DNA of 64,000 nucleotides. It comes from Candidatus Heimdallarchaeum aukensis (GTDB lineage: Archaea; Asgardarchaeota; Heimdallarchaeia; Heimdallarchaeales; Heimdallarchaeaceae). Below are positions 32,901 to 41,558 of this stretch, in pieces; position 1 is the first letter of the stretch, and every line of letters begins with the position of its first letter. Position numbers and translations under genes: made by a program. Below the pieces are notes generated by a model, which ran no database searches, had not been told where the DNA came from, and saw only the letters and a program-made list of their open reading frames with translations. The stretch is taken from the NCBI GenBank assembly GCA_021513695.1, contig CP084166.1, positions 2,016,001 through 2,080,000 on the forward strand, in the 5' to 3' direction.

Positions 32901-35900
32901 AAGAGTAGTAGATTCAGAAGGATTTACCCACACAGAAACAATAGAATTTTCTGAATTCACTTTTCCTGGATTTTGTCCTATCTTAGACTTTGTTCCTCAT
33001 GCTGTTCCTTCAGGTTATTCTGTTATTCTCACTACTACGCTCGATTTCGCCAAAAGTTTGAACACTTCCTTAGTTCTACTTCTAAACAAAGAAAGTGGCA
33101 TAACAATACAATCCTTACTTTGGGATGAGACTCCACTTCTTTACATCAATGAAGGAGTATTTAACGAAATTGACTCCGATTTGGAAAATGGTATGATTAC
33201 TATACCTTTGAATAGTGAAGGGTTAACTGTCAACAGTCTCTTTTCTCCTAAAGAAAACAACCCTAATGAGTATGGTTTCATAGAAAACGACCCTGATTAT
33301 AACTTTCATTTTTCATCTTCTGACCCTTATAGTATAAAAACATCCTCTGTTAACCCTGATTCTGTTATTTTGAACAACAAAGGCATTCACAGAATAGTTA
33401 TCCAATTAACCTTTCCTTCTCCTTATAATACAGATTTTGGAATATATTTGGAAAATGTAGATGATAGCGTGCGAACTGTTTTATCTCCCTCAGATAAAGC
33501 AATAGACTTTCATGCAATCGCACAGAAGAACTTTATTCAATTTGAAAACGATCTTCATCAACCTCAAACTCTTGCTCAATTAGAGAAAAACGAGAATACT
33601 TTATTTAAATCACGATATTTCAAAGATGACTATGGTCAATACCATTCCTATAGAATTTATAGTCTTGGCTTTTCTGATGAATACACCTTAGATAAAGGAA
33701 AGAAATGGAAAATATATGATGGTGATACTGATGATTCTAACGATGTTATCTATGAAAGTACAGCTCACTACAATTGGAAACATGTAATAGGAAAGATGAA
33801 TTTTGCAATTGTTATAGATGAAGGAACTCCACAAGTTTTGCAATTGCCTTTTAATTTTCTAGTAGGTTACATGGTCTTTTGTGATTGGCTAGATACAAAT
33901 GGAGATGGATTAGAAGATACATGTGCTCCTTATATAGGTCTAGCAGACCCCTTAGATGCTAGTTCTACTTACGATGATGTAAAAAAAGGTGTAGTGTATA
34001 ATACAGAGGAAGAGAAGAAAATAAGTTATGATGTTACTGATGAACAACAAGCAGAACTCAAGAATCTTACTGTACGCCAATCGTTGATATCTTCTCTTTC
34101 AACTACAGTAATTACAAAAACAGAAGAAACCATCCCCTTATCCTACACTTCTGACGAAATAGCTGCTATTCAAAACAATGGATTAACTCTTGATCGTTAT
34201 CTTCATTCTTTAATAGAAAATGACTATTTGACCTACTCTGAAGATATTGCAAGAGTAGAAATAACTATTAGTTCTTCAAATAATAAAGAAATTGACCTTG
34301 CTTATGATTATGATAAAGAAATATTGTTCACCCACAGTGTTGATAATGCTACAGGAGAAGAAGAAAAAATAGTCTATGATTTTAGATATGACTGTTTTTC
34401 TGTCCTCACTCCTGATGCTCTTGCTAACGACAACTACAGAGTAGATTTTTATACTTTTAATAATAAACTAAGTCTCTATGATACCGATTTGTATAAACTT
34501 AAAGAAACGCCTAATTCTTACGGATTGTTAGATGATCCACAAACTCTTTCACCTATGGTAGTCTTAGAAAATTATAACTATGAAATAAAAGAAACAGTTA
34601 ATAGTCTTGATTCAAAAGATGAAGAAATTTTAAACAATAGTCCAACAACAATTGTAGACGCTTTTGTTCAAGGATTAAGTCTTTCTCAACTAAGCGTGGA
34701 AATGTATGATGCTGAAATAGAGATGGATTATTACAGTTTAGATCTCTTCTATTCTGTTTTCTTTAATGAATATTTGACTCTACAACAATTCTTCTATTCT
34801 CAAGAAACATTAAATAACAACCAGAATTATCAGTATTATCCTACTGGGACAATCCAATTTGCTAAATGGATTAGTTCAATACTTAACTCCTATATAATCC
34901 AACAATCAGACAAATTATTTGATGAATACCAAAACCGTACTTCTCGATATGATTCAGAGAAAAAAGCTATAGCTGCTATGTCCTTTTTGTTAGACCTTAT
35001 TATTCCTTATCGCGGATTCAAAACCTACGGTTCGGAACCTAAACCAGAAGAGACTCATCACCCACGTTTCTCTAGTTATGTGGACTTCAAATATAGTCTA
35101 GTTATGTTTTGGGGATTAATCTTAGGTAATAGTGCAGGCTGTGGAATACCTAAAAATTCTGTCTCTCTGTTTAGCGAGAGTGAGAGAACTGGAAAACTCT
35201 TGATGATTGACGAATTATGGGATAAAGCTATTAAACACTGGAACTTGGCAGATAAAAGTAGAATAGATGATCCTAGCGAATATTTGCCCTATACTGACCG
35301 AGCTGTAGTAGACAAAATACTGTTTGACGCCAGAGTAAGAGGAGATGAAGCTATGATCGACTGGATAACAAATGAAGATTATAGTGCTGAGGCTTATTAC
35401 ATGCAACCCTATGGAGTGGATTATTCGATCTATTACTGGTTGAAGGCTTTTACTATTCAACAAGGATATGACCCTTATGCTATCAAGGTTTACACCATTG
35501 AAGAGATGAATAGTCAAGAGAGAGAAGATTTTGACGAAAATTATTTTGTTATAGGCGTTCCTGTTTCCACAATCGAAGACCAATATTTAGAATATAACTG
35601 GTTTGTAAGTCTAGATAAAGAAACACGTGTGCCCACTTCTGCTACATCACAACTAATAGACTTTATCCCTCTTGTATTCGGTCAAAGTTCTAATCCACAT
35701 ATAAGAACAATGATGAAAATAATTAAAAGATTAGGAAATGCAGCAAAAGGAGAAAATTTCGGTTATAATACTTTTAGCATGAGTGAATTCAGCTTAATCG
35801 TTACTTTAGAATTTTTAGTTAATCTTGTAGATATAGGCGCTTTACTTATTGATATCAGAGATGCCTATATAGGAGCTACTCCTTTCATACGCAAAATGTC

Positions 35901-38900
35901 GCTCATGCAAATACCAATGGATATACTAGATTTGTTCACTCCAGGACCTTTTTCTCTCGTAGGAAATACAATGAATAAAATTTTCAAATCTATAGTCGGA
36001 GACGTTACCTTAGAAGTAAATAGGATAACAAAAACATTTAATTTACTAGATATTGTACAAAATTTCCCAAAAGGAGAGTGGAAAAGCATTGCTCGAGCAG
36101 CAGGAAAATCAGAACTAATGATCTGGATAGTTGGAGCAGCACAAGTGACTTACCGTTTCTCTAAACTAGCCAATCAATTCTATCAATGGTTCTTCTTCCT
36201 CCCGCAAAAGATTTTCATGAGTAGTTTACAAATAACTTTAGGGTCATTCATGATATTTGCCTCTAAAATGATTTATGCCATCAGAAGAATGGATATCGAA
36301 GAAGCAATGTTGTTAAACATTAAAGCGCAAAAATACTTCAACCAAGGACTAGATGATACCGCTAAAATGACAAGAGCTATATTAAGCCATCCAAAAATGC
36401 TAGCAAGATTTGGAACTGAAGAACTTATAGAACGAGCAAATATAGTAGCAAAATATTACATGAACATTATTATAAAGAAAGTAATGGAATTGGAAGCAAC
36501 ATCAAAAGCAATACTAGAATCGGTTGAAAAGTCACGCTTCTATGTTATGATGGCCTTAAGATATGCTACACATATGTACATGAACACCCCAGGAGGAGTA
36601 GGTATACACTTCTCTCCCAATTTAATTGATAATGAGAAAGAAACTGAAGGAATAAGACATTTCAACACCGTGGATAATATTTTGCCAAAATTAGAATATG
36701 AAATAGCAATGTATTACTGGAAGCATGAATATCTAGCGGATGATGAAAAAATAAAAGAGTATAATAGTGAAAAATTCAATTTCAGAGATGTAGAAAGCGC
36801 AAAAATACATATAACTATAGCTTTTTCATCTATTGCTGCAATACATTCGACACCAGAATCATTCCAAAGATATAAAGAACTACTAGAATACACAGATAAG
36901 AGGTTAATAGAAATAAAAAATGAAAAGGGTGAAAATCTAGAGTATACACCTATATGGTGGATTTTACATTTGCCTGTTGATCCCTCGCTACAAAAACTAG
37001 CCCTTAGCCACATATTTGATGAATCACCTGCAGTTTCACTGCTTCTAAAAGTTCTAATGGTAGAGAAAGGTCTTAACGAAGACTTATTAGAAAATAATAT
37101 CGACGATATAGATGAATACAATAAAGAAGTTCATTCCATTTTAGATCAAATTTTATCTTCTTCCCCCCTAAATATAAGTCATAAAGTCTTTATCCTTGAA
37201 AAAGATGAAAAAGGGAATCATATCTGGAAAGCAAGAATTTTAGATTTGTTAGGGCAATCTGAAGGATCATTAACTAAGTTAAGGACACGAGATGAATATA
37301 TTAAGTGGTCTGTAATCGGTAGAACAGGAATAGACTTGTTAGGCCTTTTCGGAAGTGAAGAATTAAAAAACTATTTTCCCAAAGGAGTAAGAAATGCTTT
37401 AACTGCTAGAAATGATCAAACTTCAATAATCTATGAGCTTATATGTATGGGATTATTAGATTTTAGATTTTATACAGATGATAAAAATGTAAAGGATCAA
37501 TTAAAAATTGATTTTCCAGAGCATGACTTTGAAAAAGAACCCAGTATTAGCATTGCTGAATTAGCTAAAAAATATAGTAAATATGATATTCTAGAATTAT
37601 TTGAAAAAAGTAATTTTATTAGACAGACTCTTATAAGTAATGGAGTAGACGGATTAATACACAGTACAAAAATAGGAAAGTCTCTTTATTCTGTTAAAGA
37701 TTCAACGGGAATATTCAATAAAGCTAATTCAAAAAATATTTTATACTCTGTAGCAGCTGAAAATGCATATATAGGTCATGGAAGTGTTATTTATTATTAT
37801 GATAAGCTACAAGGTGATATTATCACGGATATAGATAATAAATTGATATACAATGCTAGATATTATGATCCTACAGCTTCAAAATCACCTAAACCTTTTG
37901 TTCCAGGCGATGCAATATTACTCTATGATTCCAATGTAAATCGTTATCTGTTTTTAAGAACTAATTTTCCTGAGGACACTATGCTAAATCAAAATCAGAA
38001 ACTAGATGAATATAGTGGTTTTAAAAGAGAAATTAACGTGTTTTGGTTTCAAATAAACAAAGATACAAATGAGGGAGAGATAGTTTATGATACATTAGAA
38101 CACTATTGTTATGAAAATGAAAAACTGAAGGAAGGAATAAAAGTTGTTGGAACGGAGGATATTTTGCAAGAGGTAGATAAGTTTCATCCAAAGAGAAATA
38201 AAATAAGAAGTAGTCAACCTATAATATCAATAGAAGCAAAGCAAAATGGAGGGAACATAGATTACGTTGTCTCAATGGATGAACAACTTCCTTTATTTAG
38301 GTTTATAGGTGGAGATTATTCAACTGCAACAGAAAAAGACATCAATTTTGCTAGTTTTCTTTACCCAAGAAAACATTCCAACGATATTGTTTTCGGATTG
38401 CAAGATGATAACTTAGATTTTATCGATGAAAAGGGTTTATGGCCTATCCATATGGGTTTAAGCCCAGGAAGGTTTACATACAACGTGCAAAACATATATT
38501 TAGATGAGATTAATTCAGCAAAAGCGTTATTGGATAAATTAGATGAATTAGATAACTTGCCTGTAGTAGAAGTTAAAACAAAGGATAATGAATATATAAC
38601 TCGACCAGCAACAGTTCAGGAAGTAAATCAACAGAGAGTATATGAGTTAATTAGATGGTACTCTACAAGTCAAGTGTATACTTATTATGTGTCTAGTTTA
38701 AATAAAGAAAATAAAGCATTTTTGTGCAGAGCATATCTAGATGATTGGAATGCAGCTAAATCGTTAGGTGAAATCATAGAAATAGCAGAAGATACTAATG
38801 GAAATCTATACCAGAAATATGGTTATGAGAATAAACAAGAATATCTAACCTTTAGAATGAATGTTATTCAAACAATAATAAACGAACAAGAACAGTTCTA

Positions 38901-40641
38901 TAAATACAAGTTTAAAGATGAAAGTGATTTAACAAAAGAAGAAAAGTTGGTAATATTTCTAAAAGAACAAAAAGAATTTTTTGAAAGATTACATAATGAC
39001 GCTGCTAAAATAGAGGCATTTCAAGAACCATTTTTTTCAAACTTGAGACTAGACATTAAAGAAGTCGATACATATAATGTACTTAATTATCGCAGTTTAG
39101 AATCGTCAATTGAATTACTTTTATTAAATAGATTTGACTCGTATAATAAGATACACTTATTCGAAGGAGATGTACCTTTTTCAAGAAACCCGATGAAATT
39201 CGGTTTCGATAATGTAATTGTCCAAATAGGTACGAGAGCATTCATAAACAAGGTCAAAGAAGAGGGAATATTAGATTTTGATGAAGATAAAAATTCAGTA
39301 TTAGAACTAGCTAATAAAGTATTTAAAAGAAAAACAGTTATAAAACCATTAATCCGCGGACCAATAAAAGCAAAATCAATTGCTTTTCTCCAACATGAAG
39401 AAACAATGGCTAAACTGAACAATTATAAAACATTGCAAAAAATATCCAAAGAAGAAATAAGGCTCTGGAAACTTTACAACAAAAAATTAGATAATGAAAA
39501 AGGCCATTTGACTGTAGAGCAACTATACGAAATAGAAGAAGAGTTCAACAATATAAATGGAAAAAATATAGTAGGAAAACAAGGAGCAGGGATGACAGTA
39601 ATAGAAGATGGAAACACATATGTTGTAAAAATATACAGTCTCATCAGTGATTTAAGATATAATAACAAAATTCATGCAGGTAGTGAGGCAAATAAGTATG
39701 ATATTGCAGAAAGAGTGTTGGGACTAGCACAACACATAAAGTACGTAGCAAAGGAAGGAAGAATATACATTAATTATGCAATGGCAAACATTCTTTATCT
39801 GATAAAAACACTAACAAACGGTAAAATGGAAATAGATGACGTCCAGAATCTAAGGGACCTGGGAAATCCAAAGGAATTAGAAGCTATACTAGTAAATAAT
39901 TTAGGGGAAGAAAGAACAAAAGAAATACTAAATATTTTAGAAGAAGTAACCATAAGAACGAAAAGAAAAATAAAACAAGGAAAAGATTATTCCATAGAAA
40001 ATATAGAAAAAGGACAATCGTTGGCTTTTCAAATTGGATATGTGGATCTGAAAAATATAACCCCTGAGGTAAGAGGAAAATTAAGGCTACAAGGGATGTT
40101 ATTGAGAGAAATCTTGATGTTACTGGATATAATATATGGACTATATTATACAGGAAGAAATTATATGAAACGCCTAGATATTAATTTAGCGCAAACAACA
40201 GTAATTTTCGAAAAAACAACGGAAGAAGGCAAAACAATACTAAAATTAAAAGACGTAAAAACAAGCACAGAACAAGAAATGAATGGAGAGTTCATATCAT
40301 CACTGAACGATTTCGACCAAAAAACAGCATCAATAATAGAAAAACTGGCTGAAACTAAATATTCATCAGTATTTGGACCAGAATTTATGACTAGAGAACA
40401 ATTAAGAAAATTGGTAGATGAAATAATAGAAGAATATGAGAGTATACTAAAATTGAAAATAAGAAAATTCAATGAAATATTAACTCAAGACGATATGGAA
40501 GTAGAACTAGTAGCAAAGAAATTCAAAATAGAAGAATTGCTAAAAATGCTAACACCTAAAGGATTATGGTCAATGTACGAGCAAAAGAAAAGAAATAATG
40601 AAAAAAGAGGACAAACAAAAATAACAGACTTCCTAATTTAA
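23968..40641 (+). CDS. giant membrane protein (5557 aa): N-terminal signal-anchor, about 3600-aa ectodomain, cluster of hydrophobic helices, and an about 1400-aa Lys/Glu-rich cytoplasmic tail
   Basis: The start codon is 3 nt after the stop of the preceding giant gene, with GGAGG 8 nt upstream. N-terminal TM segment (LVITGVALFISVIVILQSF). Hydrophobic segments near aa 3660-4100 (KYSLVMFWGLILGNSAG, LMIWIVGAAQV, QITLGSFMIFASKMIYAI). The C-terminal third has a charged, helical-looking composition. Confidence 0.85.
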   Translation: MQKIKSKMNTFLGKLNKRSLVITGVALFISVIVILQSFSIALYPQSSDDDSYTFFYSDFSDKEEWKGVYRLSWGSIIVDSNFNAMSKKIDLYWYGMQQLFLEVKGIDSLKLDSSSAIQVIDADTSRILYELRGSQLSSFNVSVDLSAYVYEDTSALYINIIGSIKIIDYIRIFTPKLYYHNFLNDGKTFPNAYHEFNQLYIDYLAYTEEVTYETPVIKVPEGNNVNLTFAFNLVPSLTSNYSMFAHIYADIYGLGGFGEVEQRIELGYSYTNMSFGADYVSLIDKEITLLGNYYVRFYLNFDCFETNEEDIQIKLIAFFIQPHNNVEEQSEYVDPALYIRKSPNAYISEQVVEGRVFNALTVDRQGYIATYKISHMDTIFYDKLDPSTIEENYTIGNPDTLVYDFDSSKNLRLNSSGYLYSSESIGSDFSVSTSFNLNSLASNRIFAGIGIYGTHSYEFAVGNMTLYEETYVDEETTTVKVKEVYQAYLHVYKDNLLIRSYALNQTFGEGQVISLSLSSKFGYKAYSVQINYEEIVISLSEIIAIGGKPGIFAKIPQPSPDNFVSFYYLSASGITEYSPRRLLIYSKTQQYVTVVLKATRINPLSFSSEKVVIDEKKLSQNKEGILYFSYIPKPFEYIHLEVYCTNPDEELTSSFSILAMKFSGIHEYNTIIPSYDYYDISDSVYFEKRNLISEDLSDNFIASYDAIVEERYSLLEIGAEAQDSLPDTQIDIYTRKLNSGLPFTFQGTVYWTEHESGSFFSHVLYLDLSPGNYEIRLERPLIFTSKLNISYLLLRPLTSYANAVTDSVGFTNPLSWEKDFTTDKIDAFNGIDQFIEESYYSLVHPSCYMKDDGNGNYEQYTDWTPSTDDTQIWSVEDNLASFVGGVKLDIPDVSTGPEGYPYLRFVARTYSNCTIDLKLTLTYSDGSTNEYYYSVSQEPKVYFFNFDYTDSLKILSGIEFFTNYILYNDKDESVIVSDIHLYRFTNIEVKLEDQSYLDDSGFDTSDYSGDNFSVAPFLSDYYGLLDIDLNYIPSNERVKVWTDNDAEGLKQYYYNYNNHYLLPSTVTVPINDWRVNKGASVGIYSTPLTSLNLNFMISMDIENRKTFNEDMTIELFEYKFKPNTDAYATSLPYSYYKLKFYLYGSIEMQNEEGEMEGGYLYYRLFAYDGVEETELTPTYDMLSDNTDFLQAISTNTLDFPNMLRITENYEKGITHLIYNTNEESELRAVFPVNFEEAYTISIHFGQDQEIKREYADADSKDEVFDTPFFVGVSSFDTFLDLYGGSGEKATLLFADVTIPSSMFPSLFIQTSEAINSTTELTWGTDYSINWSPEPTFYVNSYEPSRNEETGYKPLAHHINLFENRYLLLEDLKTIFEEIDVTPYLVNENYGDFIYLPKYYSATLSTLQDVYVTTYDLSFEGTGNFQLIGNTILKSYIFDYNDEKNKNWKNEFIDKTVSSLKFISTYEKDTLPKTYLSCLDYLSYEYYAKNKKREYSFTDGFTNYEDWTTVDFSLFERVKEPSLRSSPLGLVIDENSIDFTSENMDSIYDYFDPTDELEDLFSFSGKTIYYLPSYYMKGGNDQPGHSLWDRVIAGEAFQGFNPSSSPYYQNQLYLYNNWMYDLQSQIIQKEGYNIYDQNELQIYNIYDEIPGDHRDFSCMLPDYLRFKPVYYSTSLPKNFIWSFDINVDSWSLGNLAENYVKFFDKEEGRYSFYISIPIILPSHGNKPYYQDLAQAPNVLRLFIYYDSGTEYHDSDTETGFFKLDPHYSIYLGRSIIGIWKASESVSLHFEIAVEEKEIDESYAIYQEGVNGGPQITAYYDYNLQMWINNDNMYWDLLKLPMWMLTIAYPYKDKDDNKAIPNNYQYDLMYNQLFNTQNSENGYINPQYSEAFNTYYKGLYGDKEPNGFQPDARLFFDTGSLTEHTYHWLQYQRSLVSDKYYSLSLSEYGIDPSNPSLYDWDYHYYSRDNYAGMVRSDLADVRFENPRYVSGEYNWANIANEIYEYDTALYNIDYALDNSLYKIPQRTIGFGVNYPFVGISDVSITPLNSIQTTDLDEDGEEDFSIINGDVATDGENVIVKPGSAITSLDLTNDLDIAIKYKDIISSCRGYYDNTFLDYSFEVGLQDLHNPNLKYYFYMKNSYPYNQYFEYVNSGQIDNIVPFTEDDSLPSLDSEITQPLMGTYVGIKGYAQSSSDYSLITDTLSSTFKRIFQPKNSILYDYLNIKYDVTTKILTFILWSEKYGNKQSYEISYNLSETGELGTNDLTNYTLYFKTENAYLFIDKIYTRTFMPVEDTNSERYYRGAGKLGDYYLYSPVNHGLELQNQVKLNYEDYNLNSFPSTEFYFIPTSESSFSLDLFGIKSDDTLENFLKLEINGKECKLSLDSGDSWNSLNNTEIENMFDVVNSYTWNSLSIHRGSEEDQLIITLNNQDYPFVFHIDTEEYYKYKFTLTHKRSRTIIDNLSFLSLYEEFENERKLLDDEWEKDISRGFYRQIQVTKAQSQLIIYGASIIEGETEVTVTFNDDPTTTVSQIWKQSSIGLKMDYYSYLIPSSVDMSLPVKVSLSVSNMAIINWLSIEPMKDIESILYLSNNNKYIDQVYSPMEYLSGSELVYSSTYEQPHALEVGGTTQVKFKYNYSPEDLDVAPNVVFEGFIKGQGKISFSFQVKLPDKFTSLNVNFIGLVGVGESTEQYIATISREEKTITYSAILSSAEEQEQWKYFYISLYQLARHIPKELLVDNYSNGNKEVDLLDENYPVSGIISDAKMVVNYEGSYVEKIIQLEKGANQNLYISDLKSTITNIHSAYPYENALSSLPEEIKWKKYDVPFDGYIPLDNVYLDDFDGSSYYIYDVVVYVDASTYSKVHLTVETEGSFVLSNRYSIILQKMGFSNEVVSTVFSAQQGYTPLYLHVVFPKTAFNQNIRIQYISNGGVAISAENNREGDAISEWLISTPFYSEKNEDTVDYLNFISQVTPMEGERFEKRVVDSEGFTHTETIEFSEFTFPGFCPILDFVPHAVPSGYSVILTTTLDFAKSLNTSLVLLLNKESGITIQSLLWDETPLLYINEGVFNEIDSDLENGMITIPLNSEGLTVNSLFSPKENNPNEYGFIENDPDYNFHFSSSDPYSIKTSSVNPDSVILNNKGIHRIVIQLTFPSPYNTDFGIYLENVDDSVRTVLSPSDKAIDFHAIAQKNFIQFENDLHQPQTLAQLEKNENTLFKSRYFKDDYGQYHSYRIYSLGFSDEYTLDKGKKWKIYDGDTDDSNDVIYESTAHYNWKHVIGKMNFAIVIDEGTPQVLQLPFNFLVGYMVFCDWLDTNGDGLEDTCAPYIGLADPLDASSTYDDVKKGVVYNTEEEKKISYDVTDEQQAELKNLTVRQSLISSLSTTVITKTEETIPLSYTSDEIAAIQNNGLTLDRYLHSLIENDYLTYSEDIARVEITISSSNNKEIDLAYDYDKEILFTHSVDNATGEEEKIVYDFRYDCFSVLTPDALANDNYRVDFYTFNNKLSLYDTDLYKLKETPNSYGLLDDPQTLSPMVVLENYNYEIKETVNSLDSKDEEILNNSPTTIVDAFVQGLSLSQLSVEMYDAEIEMDYYSLDLFYSVFFNEYLTLQQFFYSQETLNNNQNYQYYPTGTIQFAKWISSILNSYIIQQSDKLFDEYQNRTSRYDSEKKAIAAMSFLLDLIIPYRGFKTYGSEPKPEETHHPRFSSYVDFKYSLVMFWGLILGNSAGCGIPKNSVSLFSESERTGKLLMIDELWDKAIKHWNLADKSRIDDPSEYLPYTDRAVVDKILFDARVRGDEAMIDWITNEDYSAEAYYMQPYGVDYSIYYWLKAFTIQQGYDPYAIKVYTIEEMNSQEREDFDENYFVIGVPVSTIEDQYLEYNWFVSLDKETRVPTSATSQLIDFIPLVFGQSSNPHIRTMMKIIKRLGNAAKGENFGYNTFSMSEFSLIVTLEFLVNLVDIGALLIDIRDAYIGATPFIRKMSLMQIPMDILDLFTPGPFSLVGNTMNKIFKSIVGDVTLEVNRITKTFNLLDIVQNFPKGEWKSIARAAGKSELMIWIVGAAQVTYRFSKLANQFYQWFFFLPQKIFMSSLQITLGSFMIFASKMIYAIRRMDIEEAMLLNIKAQKYFNQGLDDTAKMTRAILSHPKMLARFGTEELIERANIVAKYYMNIIIKKVMELEATSKAILESVEKSRFYVMMALRYATHMYMNTPGGVGIHFSPNLIDNEKETEGIRHFNTVDNILPKLEYEIAMYYWKHEYLADDEKIKEYNSEKFNFRDVESAKIHITIAFSSIAAIHSTPESFQRYKELLEYTDKRLIEIKNEKGENLEYTPIWWILHLPVDPSLQKLALSHIFDESPAVSLLLKVLMVEKGLNEDLLENNIDDIDEYNKEVHSILDQILSSSPLNISHKVFILEKDEKGNHIWKARILDLLGQSEGSLTKLRTRDEYIKWSVIGRTGIDLLGLFGSEELKNYFPKGVRNALTARNDQTSIIYELICMGLLDFRFYTDDKNVKDQLKIDFPEHDFEKEPSISIAELAKKYSKYDILELFEKSNFIRQTLISNGVDGLIHSTKIGKSLYSVKDSTGIFNKANSKNILYSVAAENAYIGHGSVIYYYDKLQGDIITDIDNKLIYNARYYDPTASKSPKPFVPGDAILLYDSNVNRYLFLRTNFPEDTMLNQNQKLDEYSGFKREINVFWFQINKDTNEGEIVYDTLEHYCYENEKLKEGIKVVGTEDILQEVDKFHPKRNKIRSSQPIISIEAKQNGGNIDYVVSMDEQLPLFRFIGGDYSTATEKDINFASFLYPRKHSNDIVFGLQDDNLDFIDEKGLWPIHMGLSPGRFTYNVQNIYLDEINSAKALLDKLDELDNLPVVEVKTKDNEYITRPATVQEVNQQRVYELIRWYSTSQVYTYYVSSLNKENKAFLCRAYLDDWNAAKSLGEIIEIAEDTNGNLYQKYGYENKQEYLTFRMNVIQTIINEQEQFYKYKFKDESDLTKEEKLVIFLKEQKEFFERLHNDAAKIEAFQEPFFSNLRLDIKEVDTYNVLNYRSLESSIELLLLNRFDSYNKIHLFEGDVPFSRNPMKFGFDNVIVQIGTRAFINKVKEEGILDFDEDKNSVLELANKVFKRKTVIKPLIRGPIKAKSIAFLQHEETMAKLNNYKTLQKISKEEIRLWKLYNKKLDNEKGHLTVEQLYEIEEEFNNINGKNIVGKQGAGMTVIEDGNTYVVKIYSLISDLRYNNKIHAGSEANKYDIAERVLGLAQHIKYVAKEGRIYINYAMANILYLIKTLTNGKMEIDDVQNLRDLGNPKELEAILVNNLGEERTKEILNILEEVTIRTKRKIKQGKDYSIENIEKGQSLAFQIGYVDLKNITPEVRGKLRLQGMLLREILMLLDIIYGLYYTGRNYMKRLDINLAQTTVIFEKTTEEGKTILKLKDVKTSTEQEMNGEFISSLNDFDQKTASIIEKLAETKYSSVFGPEFMTREQLRKLVDEIIEEYESILKLKIRKFNEILTQDDMEVELVAKKFKIEELLKMLTPKGLWSMYEQKKRNNEKRGQTKITDFLI

Positions 40642-40664
40642 AAATAGTAAATAAAGAAAAAAAC

Positions 40665-40768
40665 TGGTGCGTCAACCGGGAATTGAACCCGGGCCGTCGA
40701 ATCTCTTCTTGAGGCTTCTAGACGCCATATAATGGAAGTCCGACGTACTACCACTATACTATTGACGC
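40665..40768 (-). tRNA. tRNA-Gly (anticodon TCC) with an intron of about 30 nt
   Basis: Minus-strand read: GCGTCAA TA GTAT AGTGGTA GTAC G TCGGA CTTCCAT [intron] TTCGA CGGC CCGGG TTCAATT CCCGG TTGACGC A CCA. Confidence 0.7.
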
Positions 40769-40984
40769 TTTCTTTGTTTTTTTCTTTCTATTCTTTTGAT
40801 TACCGATTTCTTTTTAACTTTTATGGATTTTGTCTTTTTCTTTTTTTTCTTCTTTCTCTTCTTTTTTTTATTTTTAATTTATGTTTCTCTTCTTTTTTTT
40901 ATTTGTTTAAAATCAATATATTTAAGTAACGTTGTTTTGTTTCTGACTTAAGATATACTAACATTATTTAGAGGAGAATATATT

Positions 40985-41482
40985 ATGAGTTCAGATACAG
41001 TTACTGTTGATCTTTTAGTAGATGGTGGTAAAGCTACCCCTGGTGGTGCTATGGGCCCTGCTCTTGGTCCTACTGGTGTTAATATCAAGCAAGTTGTCGA
41101 TGAAATTAACAAGCAAACTCAAGCTTATAAAGGTATGAAGGTTCCTGTTACTGTTACCGTTTTCAAGAAAACACGTGAGTTTACCCTTTCCGTTGGTATT
41201 CCTCCTGCTTCTGCTCTTATTTTAAAAGAAGCTGGTATTTCCAAGGGTTCTGGTACTCCTAATACTGAGGTTGTTGGTAATATTACTTTTCAACAGTTGA
41301 TCAATGCTGCTAAAGCTAAATGGCCTGATCTTACTGCTGCTACCCTTGCTGCTGCTTGTAAAGAGTTGCTTGGGACCATGGTTTGTATGGGTATTACTTG
41401 TGATGGTAAAGCTCCTCGTGTAGTTCAGAAGGAGATAGATGAAGGAGTATATGATGATATTCTCTCTGAGAATGAGGATTAA
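40985..41482 (+). CDS. rpl11: 50S ribosomal protein L11
   Basis: 165 aa. VDGGKATPGGAMGPALGPTGVNIKQVVDEIN and PPASALILKEAGI are hallmark L11 motifs. Strongly biased (T/C-ending) codon usage, typical of highly expressed genes. Confidence 0.93.
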   Translation: MSSDTVTVDLLVDGGKATPGGAMGPALGPTGVNIKQVVDEINKQTQAYKGMKVPVTVTVFKKTREFTLSVGIPPASALILKEAGISKGSGTPNTEVVGNITFQQLINAAKAKWPDLTAATLAAACKELLGTMVCMGITCDGKAPRVVQKEIDEGVYDDILSENED

Positions 41483-41558
41483 ATTTCGTTATAAACAAAG
41501 TTTATGAATGCTAGTAAAAAATTAAACATGAAGTATATTTAAAATAGAGGTATAGATA

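Noticed and set aside
11796-40472. Numerous 60-135 aa ORFs on the minus strand (and off-frame on the plus strand) inside the two giant genes
   Set aside because: They are embedded antisense or out-of-frame within continuous 12.7 kb and 16.7 kb reading frames. Their composition is typical of chance ORFs in AT-rich DNA.
40732-40929. 65-aa ORF (MEVRRTTTILLTLSLFFSF...)
   Set aside because: It runs through the tRNA-Gly(TCC) gene and a T-rich promoter tract, and is a low-complexity Phe/Leu artefact.
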